Source: Eledone cirrhosa (lineage: Eukaryota). Taken from it: 64,000 bases of DNA. Below the pieces are notes generated by a model. That model did not search any database. It saw nothing but the letters and a program-made list of their open reading frames with translations, and was not told the origin of the DNA. The stretch spans positions 370,264,001 to 370,328,000 of the forward strand of contig OZ024743.1 of the NCBI GenBank assembly GCA_964016885.1. The letters run 5' to 3'. Shown piece after piece: positions 40,701-53,300 of the stretch. The translations under genes were made by a program, and so were the position numbers. Position 1 is the first letter of the stretch. Each line of letters starts with the position of its first letter.

Positions 40701-43700
40701 TCCTCAAAATTTCCTTCTTCACCAAGCTATCGTTCTCTATCTTGTCTTTCCTCAAAATTTCCTTCTTCACCAAGCTATCGTTCTCTATCTTGTCTTTCCT
40801 CAAAATTTCCTTCTTCACCAAGCTATCTTTCTCTACCTTGTCTTTCCTCAAGATTTCCTTCTTCACCAAGCTACTGTTCTCTATCTTGTCTTTCCTCAAA
40901 ATTTCCTTCTTCACCAAGCTATCGTTGTCTATCTTGTCTTTCCTCAAAACTTCCTTCTTGACCAAGCTATCGTTCTCTATCTTGTCTTTCCTCAAAACTT
41001 CCTTCTTCACCAAGCTATCGTTCTCTATCTTGTCTTTACTCAAAATTTCCTTCTTCACGAAGCTATCGTTCTCTATCTTGTCTTTCCTCAAAATTTCCTT
41101 CTCCACCAAGCTATCGTTCTCTATCTTGTCTTTCCTCAAAATTTCCTTCTTCACCAAGCTATCGTTCTCTATCTTGTCTTTCCTCAAAATTTCCTTCTTC
41201 ACCAAGCTATCGTTCTCTATCTTGCCTTTCCTCAAAATTTCCTTCTTCACCAAGCTATCGTTCTCTATCTTGTCTTTCCTCAAAATTTCCTTCTTCACCA
41301 AGCTATCGTTCTCTATCTTGTCTTTCCTCAAAATTTCCTTCTTCACCAAGCTATCGTTCTCTATCTTGTCTTTCCTCAAAATTTCCTTCTTCACCAAGCT
41401 ATCGTTCTCTATCTTGTCTTTCCTCAAAATTTCCTTCTTCACCAAGCTATCGTTCTCTATCTTGTCTTTCCTCAAAATTTCCTTCTTCACCAAGCTATCG
41501 TTCTCTATCTTGTCTTTCCTCAAAACTTCCTTCTTCACCAAGCTATCGTTCTCTATCTTGTCATTCCTCAAAATTTCCTTCTTCACCAAGCTATCGTTCC
41601 CTATCTTGTCTTTCCTCAAAATTTCCTTCTTCACCAAGCTATCGTTCTCTATCTTGTCTTTCCTCAAAATTTCCTTCTTCACCAAGCTATCGTTCTCTAT
41701 CTTGTCTTTCCTCAAAATTTCATTTCTTTACCAAGCTATCGTTCTCTATCTTGTCTTTCCTCAAAATTTCCTTCTTCACCAAGCTATCGTTCTCTATCTT
41801 GTCTTTCCTCAAAATTTCCTTCTTCACCAAGCTATCGTTCTCTATCTTGTCTTTCCTCAAAATTTCCTTCTTCACCAAGCTATCGTTCTCTATCTTGTCT
41901 TTCCTCAAAATTTCCTTCTTCACCAAGCTATCGTTCTCTATCTTGTCTTTCCTCAAAATTTCCTTCTTCACCAAGCTATCGTTCTCTATCTTGTCTTTCC
42001 TCAACATTTCCTTCTTCACCAAGCTATCGTTCTCTATCTTGTCTTTCCTCAAAATTTCCTTCTTCACCAAGCTATCGTCCTCTATCTTGTCTTTCCTCAA
42101 AATTTCCTTCTTCACCAAGTTATCGTTCTCTATCTTGTCTTTCCTCAAAATTTCCTTCTTCACCAAGCTATCGTCCTCTATCTTGTCTTTCCTCAAAATT
42201 TCCTTCTTCACCAAGTTATCGTTCTCTATCTTGTCTTTCCTCAAAATTTCCTTCTTCACCAAGCTATCGTTCTCTATCTTGTCTTTCCTCAAAATTTCCT
42301 TCTTCACCAAGCTATCGTTCTCTATCTTGTCTTTCCTCAAAATTTCCCTCTTGACCAAGCTATCGTTCTCTATCTTGTCTTTCCTCAAAATTTCCTTCTT
42401 CACCAAGCTATCGTTCTCTATCTTGTCTTTCCTCAAAATTTCCTTCTTCACCTAGCTATCGTTCTCTATCTTGTCTTTCCTCAAAATTTCCTTCTTCACC
42501 AAGCTATCGTTCTCTATCTTGTCTTTCCTCAAAATTTCCTTCTTCACCAAGCTATCGTTCTCTATCTTGTCTTTCCTCAAAATTTCCTTCTTCACCAAGC
42601 TATCGTTCTCTATCTTGTCTTTCCTCAAAATTTCCTTCTTCACCAAGCTATCGTTCTCTATCTTGTCTTTCCTCAAAATTTCCTTCTTCACCAAGTTATC
42701 GTTCTCTATCTTGTCTTTCCTCAAAATTTCCTTCTTCACCAAGCTATCGTTCTCTATCTTGTCTTTCCTCAAAACGTACTTCTTCATCAAGCTATCGTTC
42801 TCTATCTTGTCTTTCCTCAAAATTTCCTTCTTCACCAAGCTATCGTTCTCTATCTTGTCTTTCCTCAAAACTTCCTTCTTCACCAAGCTATCGTTCTCTA
42901 TCTTGTCTTTCCTCAAAATTTCCTTCTTCACCAAGCTATCGTTCTCTATCTTGTCTTTCCTCAAAATTTCCCTCTTCACCAAACTATCGTTCTCTATCTT
43001 GTCTTTCCTCAAAATTTCCTTCTTCACCAAGCTATCGTTCTCTATCTTGTCTTTCCTCAAAATTTCCTCCTTCACCAAGCTATCGTTCTCTATGTTGTCT
43101 TTCCTCAAGATTTCCTTCTTCACCAAGCTATCGTTCTCTATCTTGTCTTTCCTCAAAACTTCCTTCTTCACCAAGCTATCGTTCTCTATCTTGTCTTTCC
43201 TCAAAACTTCCTTCTTCAGCAAGCTATCGTTCTCTATCTTGTCTTTCCTCAAAACTTCCTTCTTCACCAAGCTATCGTTCTCTATCTTATCTTTCCTCAA
43301 AATTTCCTTCTTCACCAAGCTATCGTTCTCTATCTTGTCTTTCTTCAAAACTTCCTTCTTCACCAAGCTATCGTTCTCTATCTTGTCTTTCCTCAAAATT
43401 TCCTTCTTCACCAAGCTATCGTTCTCTATCTTGTCTTTCCTCAAAATTTCCTTCTTCACCAAGCTATCGTTCTCTATCTTGTCTTTCCTCAAAATTTCCT
43501 TCTTCACCAAGCTATCGTTCTCTATCTTGCCTTTCCTCAAAATTTCCTTCTGCACCAAGCTATCGTTCTCTATCTTGTCTTTCCTCAAAATTTCTTTCTT
43601 CACCAAGCTATCGTTCTCTATCTTGTCTTTCCTCAAAACTTCCTTCTTCACCAAGCTATCGTTCTCTATCTTGTCTTTCCTCAAAATTTCCTTCTTCACC

Positions 43701-44400
43701 AAGCTATCGTTCTCTATCTTGTCTTTCCTCAAAATTTCCTTCTTCACCAAGCTATCGTTCTCTATCTTGTCTTTCCTCAAAATTTCCTTCTTCACCAAGC
43801 TATCGTTCTCTATCTTGTCTTTCCTCAAAATTTCCTTCTTCACCAAGCTATCGTTCTCTATCTTGTCTTTCCTCAAAATTTCCTTCTTCACCAAGCTATC
43901 GTTCTCTATCTTGTCTTTCCTCAAAATTTCCTTCTTCACCAAGCTATCGTTCTCTATCTTGTCTTTCCTCAAAATTTCCTTCTTCGCCAAGCTATCATTC
44001 TCTATCTTGTCTTTCCTCAAAATTTCCTTCTTCACCAAGCTATCGTTCTCTATCTTGTCTTTCCTCAGAACTTCCTTCTTCACCAAGCTATCGTTCTCTA
44101 TCTTGTCTTTCCTCAAAACTTCCTTCTTCAGCAAGCTATCGTTCTCTATCTTGTCTTTCCTCAAAACTTCCTTCTTCACCAAGCTATCGTTCTCTATCTT
44201 GTCTTTCCTCAAAATTTCCTTCTTCACCAAGCTATCGTTCTCTATCTTGTCTTTCTTCAAAACTTCCTTCTTCACCAAGCTATCGTTCTCTATCTTGTCT
44301 TTCCTCAAAATTTCCTTCTTCACCAAGCTATCGTTCTCTATCGTGTCTTTCCTCAAAATTTCCTTCTTCACCAAGCTATCGTTCTCTATCTTGTCTTTCC
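34800..44400. repeat. Near-tandem direct duplication of ~4.4 kb (about 34800-39170 and 40030-44400; offset 5233 = 109 monomers + 1)
   Basis: Shared variants: tatcttt 34923/40156, atcgtg 35461/40694, tttactc 35805/41038, marker 36487/41720, ctag 37219/42452, atcgtg 39110/44343. Confidence 0.9.
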
Positions 44401-47400
44401 TCAAAATTTCCTTCTTCACCAAGCTATCGTTCTCTATCTTGTCTTTCCTCAAAATTTCCTTCTTCACCAAGCTATCTTTCTCTATCTTGTCTTTCCTCAA
44501 GATTTCCTTCTTCACCAAGCTACTGTTCTCTATCTTGTCTTTCCTCAAAATTTCCTTCTTCACCAAGCTATCGTTGTCTATCTTGTCTTTCCTCAAAACT
44601 TCCTTCTTGACCAAGCTATCGTTCTCTATCTTGTCTTTCCTCAAAACTTCCTTCTTCACCAAGCTATCGTTCTCTATCTTGTCTTTGCTCAAAACTTCCT
44701 TCTTCACCAAGCTATCTTTCTCTATCTTGTCTTTCCTCAAAATTTCCTTCTTCGCCAAGCTATCGTTCTCTATCTTGTCTTTCCTCAAAATTTCCTTCTT
44801 CACCAAGCTATCGTTCTCTATCTTGTCTTTCCTCAAAATTTCCCTCTTGACCAAGCTATCGTTCTCTATCTTGTCATTCCTCAAAATTTCCTTCTTCACC
44901 AAGCTATCGTTCTCTATCTTGTCTTTCCTCAAAATTTCCTTCTTCACCAAGCTATCGTTCTCTATCTTGTCTTTCCTCAAAATTTCCTTCTTCACCAAGC
45001 TATCGTTCTCTATCTTGTCTTTCCTCAAAATTTCCTTCTTCACCAAGCTATCGTTCTCTATCTTGTCTTTCCTCAAAATTTCCTTCTTCACCAAGCTATC
45101 GTTCTCTATCTTGTCTTTCCTCAAAATTTCCTTCTTCACCAAGCTATCGTTCTCTATCTTGTCTTTCCTCAAAACTTCCTTCTTCACCAAGCTATCGTTC
45201 TCTATCTTGTCATTCCTCAAAATTTCCTTCTTCACCAAGCTATCGTTCCCTATCTTGTCTTTCCTCAAAATTTCCTTCTTCACCAAGCTATCGTTCTCTA
45301 TCTTGTCTTTCCTCAAAATTTCCTTCTTCACCAAGCTATCGTTCTCTATCTTGTCTTTCCTCAAAATTTCATTTCTTTACCAAGCTATCGTTCTCTATCT
45401 TGTCTTTCCTCAAAATTTCCTTCTTCACCAAGCTATCGTTCTCTATCTTGTCTTTCCTCAAAATTTCCTTCTTCACCAAGCTATCGTTCTCTATCTTGTC
45501 TTTCCTCAAAATTTCCTTCTTCACCAAGCTATCGTTCTCTATCTTGTCTTTCCTCAAAATTTCCTTCTTCACCAAGCTATCGTTCTCTATCTTGTCTTTC
45601 CTCAAAATTTCCTTCTTCACCAAGCTATCGTTCTCTATCTTGTCTTTCCTCAACATTTCCTTCTTCACCAAGCTATCGTTCTCTATCTTGTCTTTCCTCA
45701 AAATTTCCTTCTTCACCAAGCTATCGTCCTCTATCTTGTCTTTCCTCAAAATTTCCTTCTTCACCAAGTTATCGTTCTCTATCTTGTCTTTCCTCAAAAT
45801 TTCCTTCTTCACCAAGCTATCGTTCTCTATCTTGTCTTTCCTCAAAACTTTCTTCTTCACCAAGCTATCGTTCTCTATCTTGTCTTTCCTCAAAATTTCC
45901 TTCTTCACCAAGCTATCGTTCTCTATCTTGTCTTTCCTCAAAACTTCCTTCTTCACCAAGCTATCGTTCTCTATCTTGTCTTTCCTCAAAATTTCCTTCT
46001 TCACCAAGCTATCGTTCTCTATCTTGTCTTTCCTCAAAATTTACTTCTTCACCAAGCTATCGTTCTCTATCTTGTCTTTGCTCAAAATTTCCTTCTTCAC
46101 CAAGCTATCGTTCTCTATCTTGTCTTTCCTCAAAATTTTCTTCTTCACCAAGCTATCGTTCTGTATCTTGTCTTTCCTCAAAATTTCCTTCTTCACCAAG
46201 CTATCGTTCTCTATCTTGTCTTTCCTCAAAATTTCCTTCTTCACCAAGCTATAGTTCTCTATCTTGTCTTTCCTCAAAATTTCCTTCTTCACCAAGCTAT
46301 CGTTCTCTATCTTGTCTTTCCTCAAAATTTCCTTCTTCACCAAACTATCGTTCTCTATCTTGTCATTCTTCAAAATTTCCTTCTTCACCAAGCTATCGTT
46401 CTCTATCTTGTCTTTCCTCAAAATTTCCTTCTTCACCAAGCTATCGTTCTCTATCTTGTCTTTCCTCAAAATTTCCTTCTTCACCAAGCTATCGTTCTCT
46501 ATCTTGTCTTTCCTAAAAATTTCCTTCTTCACCTAGCTATCGTTCTCTATCTTGTCTTTCCTCAAAATTTCCTTCTTCACCAAGCTATCGTTCTCTATCT
46601 TGTCTTTCCTCAAAATTTCCTTCTTCACCAAGCTATCGTTCTCTATCTTGTCTTTCCTCAAAATTTCCTTCTTCACCAAGCTATCGTTCTCTATCTTGTC
46701 TTTCCTCAAAATTTCCTTCTTCACCAAGCTATCGTTCTCTATCTTGTCTTTCCTCAAAATTTCCTTCTTCACCAAGTTATCGTTCTCTATCTTGTCTTTC
46801 CTCAAAATTTCCTTCTTCACCAAGCTATCGTTCTCTATCTTGTCTTTCCTCAAAACGTACTTCTTCATCAAGCTATCGTTCTCTATCTTGTCTTTCCTCA
46901 AAATTTCCTTCTTCACCAAGCTATCGTTCTCTATCTTGTCTTTCCTCAAAACTTCCTTCTTCACCAAGCTATCGTTCTCTATCTTGTCTTTCCTCAAAAT
47001 TTCCTTCTTCACCAAGCTATCGTTCTCTATCTTGTCTTTCCTCAAAATTTCCCTCTTCACCAAACTATCGTTCTCTATCTTGTCTTTCCTCAAAATTTCC
47101 TTCTTCACCAAGCTATCGTTCTCTATCTTGTCTTTCCTCAAAATTTCCTCCTTCACCAAGCTATCGTTCTCTATGTTGTCTTTCCTCAAGATTTCCTTCT
47201 TCACCAAGCTATCGTTCTCTATCTTGTCTTTCCTCAAAACTTCCTTCTTCACCAAGCTATCGTTCTCTATCTTGTCTTTCCTCAAAACTTCCTTCTTCAG
47301 CAAGCTATCGTTCTCTATCTTGTCTTTCCTCAAAACTTCCTTCTTCACCAAGCTATCGTTCTCTATCTTATCTTTCCTCAAAATTTCCTTCTTCACCAAG

Positions 47401-50399
47401 CTATCGTTCTCTATCTTGTCTTTCTTCAAAACTTCCTTCTTCACCAAGCTATCGTTCTCTATCTTGTCTTTCCTCAAAATTTCCTTCTTCACCAAGCTAT
47501 CGTTCTCTATCTTGTCTTTCCTCAAAATTTCCTTCTTCACCAAGCTATCGTTCTCTATCTTGTCTTTCCTCAAAATTTCCTTCTTCACCAAGCTATCGTT
47601 CTCTATCTTGTCTTTCCTCAAAATTTCCTTCTCCACCAAGCTATCGTTCTCTATCTTGTCTTTCCTCAAAATTTCCTTCTTCACCAAGCTATCGTTCTCT
47701 ATCTTGTCTTTCCTCAAAATTTCCTTCTTCACCAAGCTATCGTTCTCTATCTTGCCTTTCCTCAAAATTTCCTTCTGCACCAAGCTATCGTTCTCTATCT
47801 TGTCTTTCCTCAAAATTTCCTTCTTCACCAAGCTATCGTTCTCTATCTTGTCTTTCCTCAAAACTTCCTTCTTCACCAAGCTATCGTTCTCTATCTTGTC
47901 TTTCCTCAAAATTTCCTTCTTCACCAAGCTATCGTTCTCTATCTTGTCTTTCCTCAAAATTTCCTTCTTCACCAAGCTATCGTTCTCTATCTTGTCTTTC
48001 CTCAAAATTTCCTTCTTCACCAAGCTATCGTTCTCTATCTTGTCTTTCCTCAAAATTTCCTTCTTCGCCAAGCTATCATTCTCTATCTTGTCTTTCCTCA
48101 AAATTTCCTTCTTCACCAAGCTATCGTTCTATATCTTGTCTTTCCTCAGAACTTCCTTCTTCACCAAGCTATCGTTCTCTATCTTGTCTTTCCTCAAAAC
48201 TTCCTTCTTCAGCAAGCTATCGTTCTCTATCTTGTCTTTCCTCAAAACTTCCTTCTTCACCAAGCTATCGTTCTCTATCTTGTCTTTCCTCAAAATTTCC
48301 TTCTTCACCAAGCTATCGTTCTCTATCTTGTCTTTCTTCAAAACTTCCTTCTTCACCAAGCTATCGTTCTCTATCTTGTCTTTCCTCAAAATTTCCTTCT
48401 TCGCCAAGCTATCGTTCTCTATCTTGTCTTTCCTCAAAATTTCCTTCTTCACCAAGCTATCGTTCTCTATCTTGTCTTTCCTCAAAATTTCCTTCTTCAC
48501 CAAGCTATCGTTCTCTATCTTGTCTTTCCTCAAAATTTCCTTCTTCACCAAGCTATCTTTCTCTATCTTGTCTTTCCTCAAGATTTCCTTCTTCACCAAG
48601 CTACTGTTCTCTATCTTGTCTTTCCTCAAAATTTCATTCTTCACCAAGCTATCGTTCTCTATCTTGTCTTTCCTCAAAACTTCCTTCTTCACCAAGCTAT
48701 CGTTCTCTATCTTGTCTTTCCTCAAAATTTCCTTCTTCACCAAGCTATCGTTCTCTATCTTGTCTTTCCTCAAAATTTCCTTCTTCACCAAGCTATCGTT
48801 CTCTATCTTGTCTTTCCTCAAAATTTCCTTCTTCACGAAGCTATCGTTCTCTATCTTGTCTTTCCTCAAAATTTCCTTCTTCACCAAGCTATCGTTCTCT
48901 ATCTTGTCTTTCCTCAAAATTTCCTTCTTCCCCAAGCTATCGTTCTCTATCTTGTCTTTCCTCAAAATTTCCTTCTTCACCAAGCTATCGTTCTCTATCT
49001 TGTCTTTCCTCAAAATTTCCTTCTTCACCAAGCTATCGTTCTCTATCTTGTCTTTCCCCAAAATTTCCTTCTTCACCAAGCTATCGTTATCTATCTTGTC
49101 TTTCCTCAAAATTTCCTTCTTCACCAAGCTATCGTTCTCTATCTTGTCTTTCCTCAAAACTTCCTTCTTCACCAAGCTATCGTTCTCTATCTTGTCTTTC
49201 CTCAAAATTTCCTTCTTCACCAAGCTATCGTTCTCTATCATGTCTTTCCTCAAAATTTCCATCTTCACCAAGCTATCGTTCTCTATCTTGTCTTTCCTCA
49301 AAATTTCCTTCTTCACCAAGCTATCGTTCTCTATCTTGTCTTTCCTCAAAATTTCCTTCTTCACCAAGCTATCGTTCTCTATCTTGTCTTTCCTCAAAAT
49401 TTCCTTCTTCACCAAGCTATCGTTCTCTATCTTGTCTTTCCTCAAAACTTCCTTCTTCACCAAGCTATCGTTCTCTATCTTGTCTTTCCTCAAAATTTCC
49501 TTCTTCACCAAGCTATCGTTCTCTATCTTGTCTTTCCTCAAAACTTCCTTCTTCACCAAGCTATCGTTCTCTATCTTGTCTTTCCTCAAAATTTCCTTCT
49601 TCACCAAGCTATCGTTCTCTATCTTGTCTTTCCTCAAAATTTCCTTCTCCACCAAGCTATCGTTCTCTATCTTGTCTTTCCTCAAAATTTCCTTCTTCAC
49701 CAAGCTATCGTTCTCTATCTTGTCTTTCCTCAAAATTTCCTTCTTCACCAAGCTATCGTTCTCTATCTTGTCTTTCCTCAAAACTTCCTTCTTCACCAAG
49801 CTATCGTTCTCTATCTTGTCTTTCCTCAAAATTTCCTTCTTCACCAAGCTATCGTTCTCTATCTTGTCTTTCCTCAAAATTTCCTTCTTCACCAAGCTAT
49901 CGTTCTCTATCTTGTCTTTCCTCAAAATTTCTTTCTTCACCAAGCTATCGTTCTCTATCATGTCTTTCCTCAAAATTTCCTTCTTCACCAAGCTATCGTT
50001 CTCTATCTTGTCTTTCCTCAAAATTTCCTTCTTCACCAAGCTATCGTTCTCTATCTTGTCTTTCCTCAAAATTTCCTTCTTCACCAAGCTATCGTTCTCT
50101 ATCTTGTCTTTCCTCAAAATTTCCTTCTTCACCAAGCTATCGTTCTCTATCTTGTCTTTCCTCAAAATTTCCTTCTTCACCAAGCTATCGTTCTTTTTCT
50201 TGTCTTTCCTCAAAATTTCCTTCTTCACCAAGCTATCGTTCTCTATCTTGTCTTTCCTCAAAATTTCCTTCTTCACCAAGCTATTGTTCTCTATCTTGTC
50301 TTTCCTCAAAATTTCCTTCTTCACCAAGCTATCGTTCTCTATCTTGTCTTTCCTCAAAATTTCCTTCTTCACCAAGCTATCGTTCTCTATCTTGTCTTT

Positions 50400-53300
50400 C
50401 CTCAAAATTTCCTTCTTCACCAAGCTATCGTTCTCTATCTTGTCTTTCCTCAAAATTTCCTCCTACACCAAGCTATCGTTCTCTATCTTGTCTTTCCTCA
50501 AAATTTCCTTCTTCACCAAGCTATCGTTCTCTATCTTGTCTTTCCTCAAAATTTCCTTCTTCACCAAGCTATCGGTCTCTATCTTGTCTTTCCTCAAAAT
50601 TTCCTTCTTCACCAAGCTATCGTTCTCTATCTTGTCTTTCCTCAAAATTTCCTTCTTCACCAAGCTATCGTTCTCTATCTTGTCTTTCCTCAAAATTTCC
50701 TTCTTCACCAAGCTATCGTTCTCTATCTTGTCTTTCCTCAAAATTTCCTTCTTCACCAAGCTATCGTTCTCTATCTTGTCTTTCCTCAAAATTTCCTTCT
50801 TCACCAAGCTATCGTTCTCTATCTTGTCTTTCCTCAAACTTCCTTCTTCACCAAGCTATCGTTCTCTATCTTGTCTTTCCTCAAAATTTCCTTCTTCACC
50901 AAGCTATCGTTCTCTATCTTGTCTTTCCTCAAAATTTCCTTCTTCACCAAGCTATCGTTCTCTATCTTGTCTTTCCTCAAAATTTCCTTCTTCATCAAGC
51001 CATCGTTCTCTATCTTGTCTTTCCTCAAAATTTCCTTCTTCACCAAGCTATCGTTCTCTATCTTGTCTTTCCTCAAAATTTCCTTCTTCACCAAGCTATC
51101 GTTCTCTATCTTGTCTTTCCTCAAAATTTCCTTGTTCACCAAGCTATCGTTCTCTATCTTGTCTTTCCTCAAAACTTCCTTCTTCACCAAGCTATCGTTC
51201 TCTATCTTGTCTTTCCTCAAAATTTCCTTCTTCACCAAGCTATCGTTCTCTATCTTGTCTTACCTCAAAACTTCCTTCTTCACCAAGCTATCGTTCTCTA
51301 TCTTGTCTTTCCTCAAAATTTCCTTCTTCACCAAGCTATCGTTCTCTATCTTGTCTTTCCTCAAAACTTCCTTCTTCACCAAGCTATCGTTCTCTATCTT
51401 GTCTTTCCTCAAAATTTCCTTTTTCACCAAGCTATCGTTCTCTACCTTGTCTTTCCTCAAAATTTCCTACTTCACCAAGCTATCGTTCTCTATTTTGTCT
51501 TTCCTCAAAACTTCCTTCTTCACCAAGCTATCGTTCTCTATCTTGTCTTTCCTCAAAACTTCCTTCTTCACCAAGCTATCGTTCTCTATCTTGTCTTTCC
51601 TCAAAACTTCCTTCTTCACCAAGCTATCGTTCTCTATCTTGTCTTTCCTCAAAACTTCCTTCTTCACCAAGCTATCGTTCTCTATCTTGTCTTTCCTCAA
51701 AACTTCCTTCTTCACCAAGCTATCGTTCTCTATCTTGTCTTTCCTCAAAACTTCCTTCTTCACCAAGCTATCGTTCTCTATCTTGTCTTTCCTCAAAACT
51801 TCCTTCTTCACCAAGCTATCGTTCTCTATCTTGTCTTTCCTCAAAACTTCCTTCTTCACCAAGCTATCGTTCTCTATCTTGTCTTTCCTCAAAATTTCCT
51901 TCTTCACCAAGCTATCGTTCTCTATCTTGTCTTTCCTCAAAACTTCCTTCTTCACCAAGCTATCGTTCTCTATCTTGTCTTTCCTCAAAATGTCCTTCTT
52001 CACCAAGCTATCGTTCTCTATCTTGTCTTTCCTCAAAACTTCCTTCTTCACCAAGCTATCGTTCTCTATCTTGTCTTTTCTCAAAACTTCCTTCTTCACC
52101 AAGCTATCGTTCTCTATCTTGTCTTTCCTCAAAACTTCCTTCTTCAGCAAGCTATCGTTCTCTATCTTGTCTTTCCTCAAAACTTCCTTCTTCACCAAGC
52201 TATCGTTCTCTATCTTGTCTTTCCTCAAAACTTCCTTCTTCACCAAGCTATCGTTCTCTATCTTGTCTTTCCTCAAAACTTCCTTCTTCAGCAAACTATC
52301 GTTCTCTATCTTGTCTTTCCTCAAAACTTCCTTCTTCACCAAGCTATCGTTCTCTATCTTCTCTTTCCTCAAAACTTCCTTCTTCACCAAGCTATCGTTG
52401 TCTATCTTGTCTTTCCTCAAAACTTCCTTCTTCACCAAGCTATCGTTCTCTATCTTGTCTTTCCTCAAAACTTCCTTCTTCACCAAGCTATCGTTCTCTA
52501 TCTTGTCTTTCCTCAAAACTTCCTTCTTCACCAAGCTATCGTTCTCTATCTTGTCTTTCCTCAAAACTTCCTTCTTCACCAAGCTATCGTTCTCTATCTT
52601 GTCTTTCCTCAAAACTTCCTTCTTCGGCAAGCTATCGTTCTCTATCTTGTCTTTCCTCAAAACTTCCTTCTTCACCAAGCTATCGTTGTCTATCTTGTCT
52701 TTCCTCAAAACTTCCTTCTTCACCAAGCTATCGTTCTCTATCTTGTCTTTCCTCAAAACTTCCTTCTTCACCAAGCTATCGTTCTCTATCTTGTCTTTCC
52801 TCAAAACTTCCTTCTTCAGCAAGCTATCGTTCTCTATCTTGTCTTTCCTCAAAACTTCCTTCTTCACCAAGCTATCGTTGTCTATCTTGTCTTTCCTCAA
52901 AACTTCCTTCTTCACCAAGCTATCGTTCTCTATCTTGTCTTTCATCAAAACTTCCTTCTTCACCAAGCTATCGTTCTCTATCTTGTCTTTCCTCAAAACT
53001 TCCTTCTTCACCAAGCTATCGTTCTCTATCTTGTCTTTCCTCAAAACTTCCTTTTTCAGCAAGCTATCGTTCTCTATCTTGTCTTTCCTCAAAACTTCCT
53101 TCTTCACCAAGCTATCGTTCTCTATCTTGTCTTTCCTCAAAACTTCCTTCTTCACCAAGCTATCGTTCTCTATCTTGTCTTTCCTCAAAATTTCCTTCTT
53201 CACCAAGCTATCGTTCTCTATCTTGTCTTTCCTCAAAACTTTCTTCTTCACCAAGCTATCGTTCTCTATCTTGTCTTTCCTCAAAATTTCCTTCTTCACC

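Larger units (their letters stand above)
233..45385. repeat. Family of twelve 49-bp marker monomers (aaaatttcatttctttaccaag) delimiting variable-length higher-order units
   Basis: The variant occurs at ~239, 2976, 5089, 17330, 20835, 23284, 27653, 29430, 31543, 36487, 41720 and 45369. Spacings equal 57, 44, 255, 73, 51, 91, 37, 44, 103, 109 and 76 monomers. Each copy is followed 6 monomers later by caacattt, then by cgtcctct and caagttat variants. Confidence 0.95.
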
